64,000 nt of DNA from Diadema antillarum (lineage: Eukaryota). The notes below the pieces were generated by a model. That model saw only the letters and a list, made by a program, of their open reading frames with translations. It did not search any database and was not told where the DNA came from. Location of the stretch: positions 62,001 through 126,000 of the forward strand of contig NW_027271668.1 in assembly GCF_040938485.1 (NCBI RefSeq). Direction: 5' to 3'. Shown here one piece after another: positions 1 to 10,600 of this stretch. The position numbers and the translations under genes are program-made. How positions within the stretch are numbered: the first letter of the stretch is position 1; each line of letters starts with the position of its first letter.

Positions 1-3000
1 GTTCCTGGCAATGAGACATGTACGAGAATGCGCAGCGGAAGATGACGCCACTGGTGAAGTGTGCCACTGTTTTAGAGAGTTGAACGGATTCCCCCGAATC
101 AGCAGCTTTCGACAGCTTATTCACTAGGACATCGGCAGTCTGCAAGAACAGAATCGTATGTATATGCCTTATATCTCTGCCTTTCGCCCGTAAAATATAA
201 AGTGCAATCTTAATTGCAATATTTGACATAGGCCCTCGACATAGTAAAACTGTCAATGTTTAGGTTAATTTCATTTAGTCTGAAAACACGTCATACTATC
301 TGCAACGTTATGTTCTCTGAAAATACTTTTTCATTGACGTGTACTCTGATTGTAAGGCTGTTGAAGATACGCCACACTTTCACTGTATATCATAATGAAA
401 GGTATTTAGATGTACTCTGTTAAAGATTGCTATCTGTGTTCGTATATACATAGGCCTATGTGTGTTTGTGTGTGTGTGTGGGTGGGACTGTGTCGATAGG
501 TGTTAAAGCATGTATGAACGACTCATGAACTCTGAGAAGACAAACCTCATTCATGGTGGAAACGTATCGTTTCAGCATTTGAAAGTAAAACGATGGCGTC
601 AGAAGGCGACGGTGCCTCTTCCAAGCAGCGCCATCTAAGATGCCAAGTCCCTCGGTCCACTCCGTAAATGTCTTGTATTCGTCACCCTCGTTAGGGAAAC
701 AAATATTGATTTAGGTTACATATTGTTTCAAAAAAGCTCAAAAGTAAAGAAATGCATTCTAATAGTAACCAGACCATCCTTTATGACTATCATTAATACT
801 TCTCCTGTCATTTTAATCGACATAACCATTTGTAGATGAAACAAATACCCAGCTTTACTGCTTCAAAATAGTTCTTAAAATTGAGTTACGGATAGAAGCA
901 ACCAGTGTAAACATGTTAATAAGTATGATAATCAATGTTAAGTATTGTTGAATATACCAAATGTGGACAATACCTATAATGAAATTCATATACAATATTT
1001 TGTCAACTTGGTGATAACACCAATCCTGTAAAGTTTTAAATATTGAGAATATAGGCATGCAATTTGAATACGATGAAAATGTGAAAATAAAGCCCTCTCG
1101 GTCTCCCAGACGTATAATGTAATTACGTCACAGATGTATGTGCAATTAAAACTTGTTAAAATTGTAGAAACTAGCTATTATTAGTAGTATAATACTTGTG
1201 TATATCATGTTTGATTATATAGCTAAAAATAATAGATGTTATACAGAGAATAGATCAAATCAAATCAAATCAAATCAATCAAAACCTTCCTATGTGTCAT
1301 GCATACACTTGAAACAGCAGCAACCAATCTACTTACTCGCAGCTTTAACTTAGCTTATCATTTTAGGTTTGAGTGTATTATGTAAAGACCCCCACAGGGC
1401 TTTGTCTCCCCTATCCACCCCCACCCCCCTTGACCCTGGGTGCCCCAATCATAATAGAAAACGGTTTCCATTTTGAAGAAAATTTGAGCATGCATTTTCA
1501 ACAAGAAGATGAAAATGTTGAATTTGAGCCAGACAACAGATGGACCCACTCTAAGGGCCCAAGGTGCAATACCAGGTCCGCCATGAACAACCTTGAAACT
1601 ACAGTTATCTATGCACTTAGTCATAGCATCACGTTAATAGCTCTAAATGCCTACTTCTGATTCTAGAGAAGAAGATTTTTAAACATTCCTTTAATGGTGG
1701 GGGGGGGGGGGGAGGGGAGGGGGACAAGGAGATGGGAGTTGTGCGCATTTGAACATTTGAATTCAGGTTCTGATTCCATAGGGATGCTACCTGCCAAGTT
1801 TAGCGAAAATCTGTCTTTGGGTTTACAAGAAGATGATGAAAATGCAAAAGGTCGAAGCACGACGGACGACGCACAGCATACGGCCACTGCCAGACGATGA
1901 ATGATCGCAATAGCTCACTCGAGTCTTTGGCTCAGGTGAGCTAAAAACCTGTTGCGGCTTCGAGAATAAGACTAATCAATCGTGAGGTACCTGGATCTAG
2001 TCCCCTGGCTCCCCTGGTTTGTGCCTCTCCACGAAGCACTTTAACCTCATTGCCCAGTCTTTTCGATGAAAGTCAAAGTCAATGGTTCCATGTTTGTTTA
2101 TCTATTAGCCCTTGTAACCCACAAGAAGTCATAATTCCATTCAATTCGATGCTTTACGGTACTGAGTGGAGAATATCATTGCTTGACTGGGATATTGGCC
2201 TTTGTCTGATATTGATTATCTTGTAATTCTTTCTAATTTTTAACAGAAGGAACAAAAAGACACAAATACAGATGGATAATAAGAATCTCAAGTAGGCCTA
2301 CTTTCAATAAATATCATATAACTGAGGAGGACAACATAATCAAGGTAATGTAACAAGAACATTTTTTTCCCTGTTTTACTGATCCGAACCTAAGATTTAG
2401 TGGTCCGAAAAATAAAGAAGACCATTAAATAGAATTGTGAGCTTTCTTTTTTTTGGTAGAATGAGCGCTTTATAAGAGTCTCTCTATTATCATTATTATT
2501 ATTATTATTATTGTTGTTGTTATTACTACTATTACTATTATTATCATTATCATTATTATATTTCGATACCTTTTTTCTTCCTAACTGTTAATCTCCCCCG
2601 CAAAACGCACACACGCGCACATTACTAATAAATATACCCACATTCGCGAACATAAACAGTCGCAGCACACACAAACATAATCATGGTACATACAAGGACA
2701 AAGATGTAAAACACTTCAAGATACACATACAACAGCAGCAATTTTAGTCAACACACAAAGAGACCCGTTTTTTGTTTTTGTTTGAGGAATTTGATCGTCT
2801 TATAATTTTGCTTCTTAATTCATACATCACTTGTTGAACACATTTCATCGATTATACAATGCTGTATTGTTTGAGGTGGGCATCTTATACGACTTTCCCC
2901 GACCTGGGAATTGGTTCGGGAAAATAATGTTCAGAGACTCACCAGTGCTCCGATGGTTGTACTACTCAAGAGTTCCTTGATGCTGTCGGGGTGGTTCAGC

Positions 3001-3263
3001 ATAAATATAGGCTTCCATCCAATCCACACCACCAGCAGTCTAGTGTACTTCTTCACGATTTCTTGCTCCCATACATAGCCCGGCTTGTGAAATCCCGGGT
3101 CGCGGATGTTTCCATAGAACCAGTGTGGCTTGGGCCCGGGAAGATGGCGTCGGATGTACGCTAGACGGCGAAGAGTAGCGACCAGTGACAAGAGAAACTG
3201 GACAATCCTGAAACCAAAGATGGATAAAGCAACAGTTCCCAAAATGGTCGTAACAAGCAACAT
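1..3263 (-). CDS. Cytochrome P450, CYP4 clan, copy A (partial: exons 1-3; remainder lies left of the window)
   Basis: Exon 1 3263-2943 (ATG; MLLVTTILG...PGPKPHW...NHPDSIKELLSSTTIGAL; donor CTG|GTGAGT, phase 0). Exon 2 686-546 (GDEYKTFTEWTEGLGILDGAAWKRHRRLLTPSFYFQMLKRYVSTMNE; 141 nt as in the paralogs). Exon 3 from 139 to the window edge (TADVLVNKLSKAADSGES...VIFRCAFSYMSHCQE). No stops in the visible exons. Confidence 0.88.
1360..1947 (-). mobile_element. Non-autonomous Helentron-associated (HINE/DINE-like) element in intron 1 of copy A
   Basis: The minus strand begins TTTTTAGCTCACCTGAGCC...GAGTGAGCTA (terminal inverted stem), followed by a short CGTC/GTCC-type microsatellite and internally repeated blocks (catttttcatcttctt). 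The family call comes from recall of this architecture; the left boundary is approximate. Confidence 0.55.
1975..2080 (+). mobile_element. Degenerate tRNA-derived SINE-like fragment
   Basis: A decayed B-box-like segment (ggatctagtccc) is followed by gtgcctctccacgaagcactttaacctcattgc, resembling deuterostome SINE cores. Weak call. Confidence 0.3.
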
Positions 3264-3338
3264 TTTTTGGCGTCCACAGCCTTTCCAAAATGCACCTGGA
3301 ATAACAGAACTTACGAGCGCTTGTTCGCTGTGCGTATG

Positions 3339-3346
3339 TTTATAAA
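3339..3346 (-). promoter_or_regulatory. Candidate TATA box of copy A
   Basis: TTTATAAA on the minus strand about 80 nt upstream of the ATG. Copy B has CATAAATA at a similar position. Confidence 0.35.
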
Positions 3347-4400
3347 TCATGTATGTATGCATGTATGTATTATAGAATATAATGCTACATCATATGTGTG
3401 GTGCGTGTATGTTGTATTTCCCCTGCCTTCTGACGCCACCCCTTGACAAGGTTGACCCGTATGTCATCGAGACATTGATGAAGTTCACATTGCAGTTTCT
3501 TCTGTGTGCAAGCCGAAACAGGATGTTGTTGACATTGAGTTACTTTCCATTTAGAGAACATGCGCTGTAATATATATACATATGCATATATATATCTATA
3601 TATTTATATATATATGTATATATATTATATCTGACACGGTGAACTGCAAATGATTAGACATAACCAAACTTATCTGGCTGTCCGATCAGAGCACTTTGTC
3701 ATGTTTAATAGGAACGAAGAGAAAATCAATTCTATATTCCGTACAATCCTAATGCAGATGTCTTGAGAAAAACAAAATAAAAACAAAAACAGAAATTGGA
3801 AACATAACACTATATTCACAGTTTAGTCATTAGCTTACAAAATGCACACGAAAATGTTCAGGTCCTTTTTATTCAGATTATTATTTCCCTTCAAGCGATG
3901 TGAAAAAAAAAACTGCCTCAATAGCAACAGCAACTCCTACAACTGCTATTAGCACATTTTCGGTCCGGTTCAAAAAAAAATAGGAGTGGTGTCATGATAG
4001 TGCCATTAGATAAAATGACGTACAAAGTTCATTAAAAAGATAAGGTAAAATGGAGCCACCCATAAAGTGACTTCATACTTTGTGTAAAGAATAATCACAC
4101 GACATAAGCCGCATGCATACCCATGAAAATTAATGAATGGTTTTTGCATCGCGCTGCACAACTCGAGCTTCAGAAAGCATTACAGTAATTCGGGATGTGT
4201 GTGAATGGCACAAGAAAAGTGACAACTAATATATAGGGTTTATTTCGAATTTGTAGCAAGTTTCAAAAGTATGCCTATATCTCAGAAGCCAGAAGAGAAG
4301 GGGGAGGGCAGATAGTCTTTAAATGCCAGCCGTTTTCATAATAAAGTTTTCAGCATAAGAACTCCTAGAGACTATTCATCTTTTGTGAGATGCGTGCACA

Positions 4401-4415
4401 AGGTCACACAGTTCA
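4401..4415 (+). promoter_or_regulatory. Nuclear-receptor direct repeat DR3 upstream of copy A
   Basis: AGGTCA-cac-AGTTCA about 1.14 kb upstream of the ATG, inside a block homologous to the DR1-bearing blocks of C and D. Confidence 0.55.
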
Positions 4416-4546
4416 GGTTGATTCAACTCCAGAAGATTTTTCATAAGTTTACATCATGTAGCACATAAAATCAACAGCTCCGTGTATAAATTTGTGGAAT
4501 TCATTGTGGTTGTTGAGCACAGAAACAATACTTTGAAAAAAACTTA

Positions 4547-4749
4547 AACAAATTACAATGAAAAGGATGATGACATAGGGGGGTAACATATTTCAGAAAT
4601 ATAGTCAGTCATTTCATTACAGTACCGCTTGCTCATGAGTTCACCTGTCTTTGCATGACTTTTTCTTTTGTTCTGCTTCCTTGAGCCCCAAATCATGCAT
4701 TCTTATGGTGACCCTGCCATGTCATCATCCTTGTTCACTGCAATTTGTT
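4547..4749. mobile_element. Small MITE-like inverted-repeat element
   Basis: aacaaattacaatgaaaaggatgatgacat...gggtaac is mirrored by ggtgaccctgccatgtcatcatccttgttcactgcaatttgtt. No TSD identified. Confidence 0.4.
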
Positions 4750-5196
4750 ATACAGTCCGAAAATATTCTTATTCTTCATCCCAATTATCATAAATTTCGA
4801 AACTCTGTCCCCAGTATAAGTAATTTATAGTGTTCAAAGGTAAAAATGTTTTCGCCTTTCCCATATACTGTTTGGGTTCAAATTCAAAACCTCACGCATC
4901 TTATTAAAAAGTGTAAAGAAAAAGAAGAATAAAGGAGAGAAATATACATTATATATATGAAAGCTTGCCTACATGAAAGCTTGCTTTCATGTACGTCCCA
5001 TCATATTTCTCTTTGTACAACCCAAACCGAGATTTCGACCAATTATCATTACAACTACTGCATATACCATGTGTGTGCATTGTTTACTGTTTTTGTTTGA
5101 TTTGTACATTATTGACAAGGTAGAAGAACTTGTGCTATTACTTTTGATGTAATATTGATATATACGAGAAGTATGAAACAAAATTGGATTGAATTG

Positions 5197-5231
<35 letters not shown>

Positions 5232-6689
5232 TGTGTATGTGTGTGTGTCTGTGTGTGTAAAGAGAGAAAAAGAGAACGAAAGACAAAGAGAGCGGGAGAG
5301 AGAGAAATAATAGAAACCAGAAATTTTAAATCTATTTCATGGGACAAGAAGTATATTAATACAATTGACAACATTGCAAGAAATGCAAAACAATCTGCAC
5401 CTGTTTATTATTGATGTCATTCACATAATATAGAAGATATATTTTAACATCAATATTATTTTTGTTGTGATATCATCACAACTGTTGATATTTTTGTTCT
5501 AAACAAAATTTAGTAATCTATCGATGGTTTTTATCAACTTCCAAATCAAAACACGAACAATTTCTTATGTGCTTCGTGTTAATTGACACCTATACCTTCA
5601 GAGTATAAATATTTTAAACTGCAGGGCTATCAAACTCCACGCCTTTGTGTCAAAAGAAAATACATACAGACATTAGAAAAGTTATGACGAACAAAACTCG
5701 TATGAATGAATAGTGATGTAGATAAGAGTACAAAGAGTAAATGAGGTATAAATGTAATAAATGCATTGTTTACAACACGATGAAGTCTAAACTGAAGAAA
5801 AAATCCCAATCAAGTCACGTGCTATCAATAGGATATTTAAGTGCTAATAAAAGTACAATGATTTCATGTCATTTCATTGATTTGTTTCCATATCCAAATA
5901 ATGCAAAATAATTACAAAATAGCATAATCCATTTGTGCAATAAAGTGAAGTGTCATAGACCACTGATGCAAATGGAAACAATGATACAAAAGTATAAGTG
6001 CATCTACAAACACATAGAAATACATGTGATTTAAATATTTGATCATCATGAATTCACTGTGAGTTTAAATAGCACTCGCTATAGTAAGGAATATGGGGAT
6101 ATGGATATAGAGGGAACTTGCACAAAAAGCAGAGCTTGTACAATTTTTATTAGCAAGTTCCCTGACTAAAAACGAAAAAGTTAAGTCTTTGCATGCGTGA
6201 GTACATGGATGAGTGGGAATATAAGCTTCAGAAGGGATATGAGAAAGATGTAGGGCCTACAAGTAATGGAATGGGACAATGACAGACACGCACATCCAAA
6301 CAAACAAACAAACAAACAAACAAACAACACACAGACCCGGTCATAAAACCCGGCAAACAAACACAAGACAAAAGGGTCATGAGACGAGGAAGTCGACATA
6401 CAGTCAGAATGTCATAACAGCTTGTCTGATGAAATAAGATTCGCATTTAAGAAATGAGGAAATTCTTTTGAGTTTATGAAAATGTTTATGCGATGTGTTC
6501 GGTGTTTCATTACTAACTGAATAGAATTATTTTTAATGATAATAATAGTAGACATTTATAGATCGCCTTTTCCACTGGATGCAAAGCGCTATGACATGTC
6601 ATCCCTGGTCGCCATAGGAGATAAATATACAAAATACCATGCAGCGACATTATAAGTCCAGTGCACATATAGGGACATCATTTAACTTG

Positions 6690-6860
6690 GATTTGAAGTT
6701 TCAATACTAATTTAATTTTTCATTTCAGCAGGAAGTGAGTTCCACAATTTGGGTCCACGGTAGACAAAAGCATTTGAGCAAAGTAAGCAAAGTTCGCTTT
6801 AAGGGTAAATGGATGAACAATAATTCATTCCATGGTGAATATACTGATAATTGTTATTGT
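6690..6860 (-). mobile_element. LINE (CR1/L2 group) ORF2 3' end remnant
   Basis: The minus strand translates to SNAFVYRGPKLWNSLPAEMK, the typical C-terminal motif of CR1/L2-type ORF2. Confidence 0.7.
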
Positions 6861-6959
6861 ATGTCATATACGATGTCAACTACTAACAAAAACAGAAAGT
6901 CTTTACATTTAATAGGATAAACATAAGATGTTAACAATATCTCACGAGCACGTTTAAAG

Positions 6960-7290
6960 TTCTATGACAGCTTTACGAAAATTTGATCTTGATGTTTTCT
7001 TTCTAATTTTGACTGGACGGTCATTCCAAAATCTTGTACCTTGGTAAGATAAACACACCTTTTTGGGAAACTCGTCTTAAATTTTGTTATATGAAAATTC
7101 TCACCTTCTTTTGGCCTTGTTCTATAACCATGTTGAATTGATGAACAATATTGTGGCAGCGCATGTGGCGAATTCTCATTAATTGAATCATACAAAAAAA
7201 AACCCTACAAAGAGATAATCTATGCAATGGATAAACATCAAGCATCTTAAAATCCTTAAATGATAGTCTAAACCTTGTCATGCATTAACT
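6960..7290 (-). mobile_element. Second LINE (CR1/L2 group) 3' remnant, frameshifted
   Basis: Fragments FKDFKMLDVYPLH, SIQHGYRTR...FHITKFKT and QGTRFWNDRPVKIR occur in different frames. Confidence 0.6.
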
Positions 7291-7677
7291 GAATATTATC
7301 CCAAGCACGTATCGGTATTTTTAAATCAATAATGATGATAGAATTAAAATAAGCTTTCATTTAGCTTTCAGGTTAACCGCTTATGGTGGGTCTGCTGCGT
7401 TCAGTTATCTCTTTCATTTACTGGAGAATATTTACCTCATCCTGTTTATGTCATTTACATGTTTTTATCTGTTCATTTTGTAATACTATTGCCTATGTTT
7501 TTCTACCTATGAGATATCTTGATAAAATCTAAATCATTGCATTAACCTTTCTCTTTTTTTGGTGGGGGGGGGGGATATAGTTTTAATGTGCATTTGTTAA
7601 ATGCAGAAATAAACTGAACCAAAACAAATCAAACTCTGTCTAGTGCAGACTCTGACGCAATGTGATCAAAGCACAGT

Positions 7678-10600
7678 TTAACGGTGACTAAACTTGAGAA
7701 GGATTTCGTTGTCTGGCTTGGTTACAATTTGGAAGACTGGTCGGGCTCCCTTCACTAGGCTGACACTGAACCTGCGAAAGACTCGTGCTGCCGCGCTCCT
7801 TAGTTCGTCCATGGCGAATTGCTGCCCGATGCAGTTCCGAGATCCGGCCGAGAAGGGGACGAAAGCGAAGGGGTCTCGCTTCTCGACGTTGGCCCTCTCA
7901 AATCGTTCAGGTCTGAAGTCCATGTGGTCGTCTCCCCACACATCCGGGTTGTGGTGGGCCTGGTAGATGTTCACCACCACGCTGGTTCCCGCGGGAATAG
8001 TGCATCCATCCACCTTCAGCGGTTCCCTCAGCACGCGAGATGGCGGGATGTTCATGTACATGCGCAGCGATTCCCTGAGACACTGCGTTGTGTAAGTTAG
8101 TTTTTTGAGATCTTCGCTAGAAACGGAAAGAGAGAGAGAGAGAAAAAAAACCAACGGGATTCCCATCAATGACAGTATCTTACCAATTATCTCATTGACT
8201 CTCTCATACTAAGTCGTGCTGATATGTAAAGATCGTTCATATATATGACTTAAATTCAGAATGCGTCTTTCTTTGCTATTATTGTATTTTGAGAAATATT
8301 CAAGTGCTATACTCCTCTCCTCACAGTATCCTTTTAGTTTTATCTAATAACACACACCAAGTCAAGTACACGCCAATTTCAATTCGTTCATTTAATCACT
8401 GATTTTAGGAATACATTATTCCACAAACATACATACATTACACACACACATACATAGGCCTATATTATTATGTAATTCACGTAAACTTGGAAAAAGTGCA
8501 GTTTGTCATTGTTGTCTTTAAAGATCATGTGCTCAGTCATGCATGACATTTGTCAAAATAAGAAAGTATCAATGGAAAGAAGAAGTCTTCTTCCATAGCT
8601 CACAATCATGAAATAGTAGCATTCCAACGTTTGATTACCTTTTTTCTTTTTTTTCCTTTTTTTGGGGGGGGGGGGGGGTATACGCACAGTATGTGTGTCT
8701 GTGTGTGTGTGTGTGTGAGTGTGTGCGTGTGTAAATATGTGTGTTTATTCACATCTTTTTTGTTGGTAATTCTGCTGTACTAAGGCACATCGATTCATAT
8801 CATTGAATTTTGTTTAGAATGAAAAATGACGTGTGTGTGTCAGTTATTGCCTTGTTTTCTTTTACTTCCTAGTGCAGAAATGGTATACAGTATACTGAAG
8901 GGACTGTCCTTGTCACGATTTACAGTATCAACAAACTAAAGGGACGTCTTTTATTGAATGAAAGTGAATGAATAGTATTGGAAAAATCTTTAGGAACGTC
9001 TTTGTTGCTAACTCAGTCACAATCACGCAACACAATCTCTATATGAACCGGTCGAACATGGTTTTACTATCGAACGGTGTCGTCATCTCGTCCTGCGAAC
9101 AATGTGTCCATCTCCTCTTGAACTCGGGCCTGTTCCTCGGTATGTTGGGCCATGGTGTACAGAAACCACGTGAGGGCACTTCCGGTGGTGTCCGTGCCGC
9201 CAAAAATGAACGTGCTTACCTGTAATGTAGAGAAGACAATTTCTATGAAATCATAAATGACGAATCTTGTACAATGTTGTCAATGTACATTGTAAAATAA
9301 GGAACTAACGCAGAATCGCGATTAACACCTATCATTAAGATTCATAGCGCAGCTGGAATGGTATCTATCATAAAGGATCATATCATTCAGATTCATGAAA
9401 TTCTTCCGTCGAGATGTTTTCATTGCAACTGATTGACAAATTGCACTACATCGACGTAAATAAGCACTGAATTGATCAGTGTTTTAGTAGTAGCCAAGAC
9501 AAAAATCATGGGCGTGCATACTCGAGCAGGATTCGAACCTACGACAACCGAGTTTCCGCCCGACAGCAAGTGTTGGTTCTGATCCTTATAGCATGCAGCG
9601 GGTACTGCGTAATTATTCAAATTCATGGAATTCTTCCGTCGAGATGTTTTCAATTCATTTTATGAATCATATTTCATATCATATTTCTTCATCTATATCA
9701 TGAAATAAACATTACCGAGAATATCTTTACAAAATAGCATTTCTAATATTTCTAAGAAAAACTGATCTGTCACCAGAGCCTGATTTAGGCTCAATGGGTT
9801 TGAAAGTTTGTACTTGAACATCTTTGAATACAGGTTTAATCTGAATATCGGGTAATTTGAAAAGCTATTGAAAAACAAAGAACACAACTAACTTAGCTGG
9901 AAAGTACCTCATCACGTATTTCCTTCTCACTCAGTCCGTTGCCATTCGAATCTTTTGCTAGCAGCAATGTATCCAGAAAATCCATCGCTCTCTTCTCCGG
10001 CTTCATAAAAAGAGAACAAAAATGAATACAATGGAAAATACTAACTTTTATGGCCAACACTTTATTTGCTTGTAGCTAGATACGGCAAACTGAAATGGAA
10101 CACTGTAAACATTCAAGGAGAGTAATCATAAATATGCGGAGGGGGGGGGGGGGATATTCTGTTACAATTGATGGGATCAGCACCGCTGTGTGCTTGTAAG
10201 GTGTCTGTAAACCGTTTATGCATTTCTCGTAAAACTCGTCTTTATTCACTGTGTTATTGTTCCCGTGTTTGTCAATCCAATGTGGACTCAGATTGAACTT
10301 TGAGCAAATATATAAAATACACAAATTGAAGGGGCCGCAAACGGTGGTGGGGGACAGCCCATAATGCCCCCTCCCTCTCGACCACGCACCCCCCCCCCCC
10401 ACACACACACATTTTGCAATTGGAACAAAGTTGAAATAAGAAAAAAAATCATAAGAAATCCTATGAACTCTCAAGGGATATTTCCAGAGCCTCTTTCAGT
10501 CGAGGCGGGGGGGTCATCCCATGAGCTCGATACCCACGAGTCATACAGTCAAAAGGGGGGAGGGGGCAGCCCACGAGCTCCATACACTAAGCAAAAATGA

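Noticed and set aside
3264-3362. Upstream in-frame ATG extending copy A by 33 residues
   Set aside because: It lies upstream of the candidate TATA box and is not conserved. The ORF-track upstream starts of B, C and E are GTG, not ATG.
7694-8100. Plus-strand ORFs overlapping exon 7, and equivalents at 22506-22912, 40920-41255 and 55301-55537; also those over exons 1 and 6
   Set aside because: Antisense shadows of GC-rich P450 coding sequence. They recur only because the exons are paralogous and show no recognisable motifs.
9500-9610. Possible tRNA gene (GGTTCGAATCC)
   Set aside because: Only a T-arm/B-box is evident, with no convincing acceptor stem or D-arm. It lies in a copy-specific insert with flanking direct repeats, so SINE-like is the better call.
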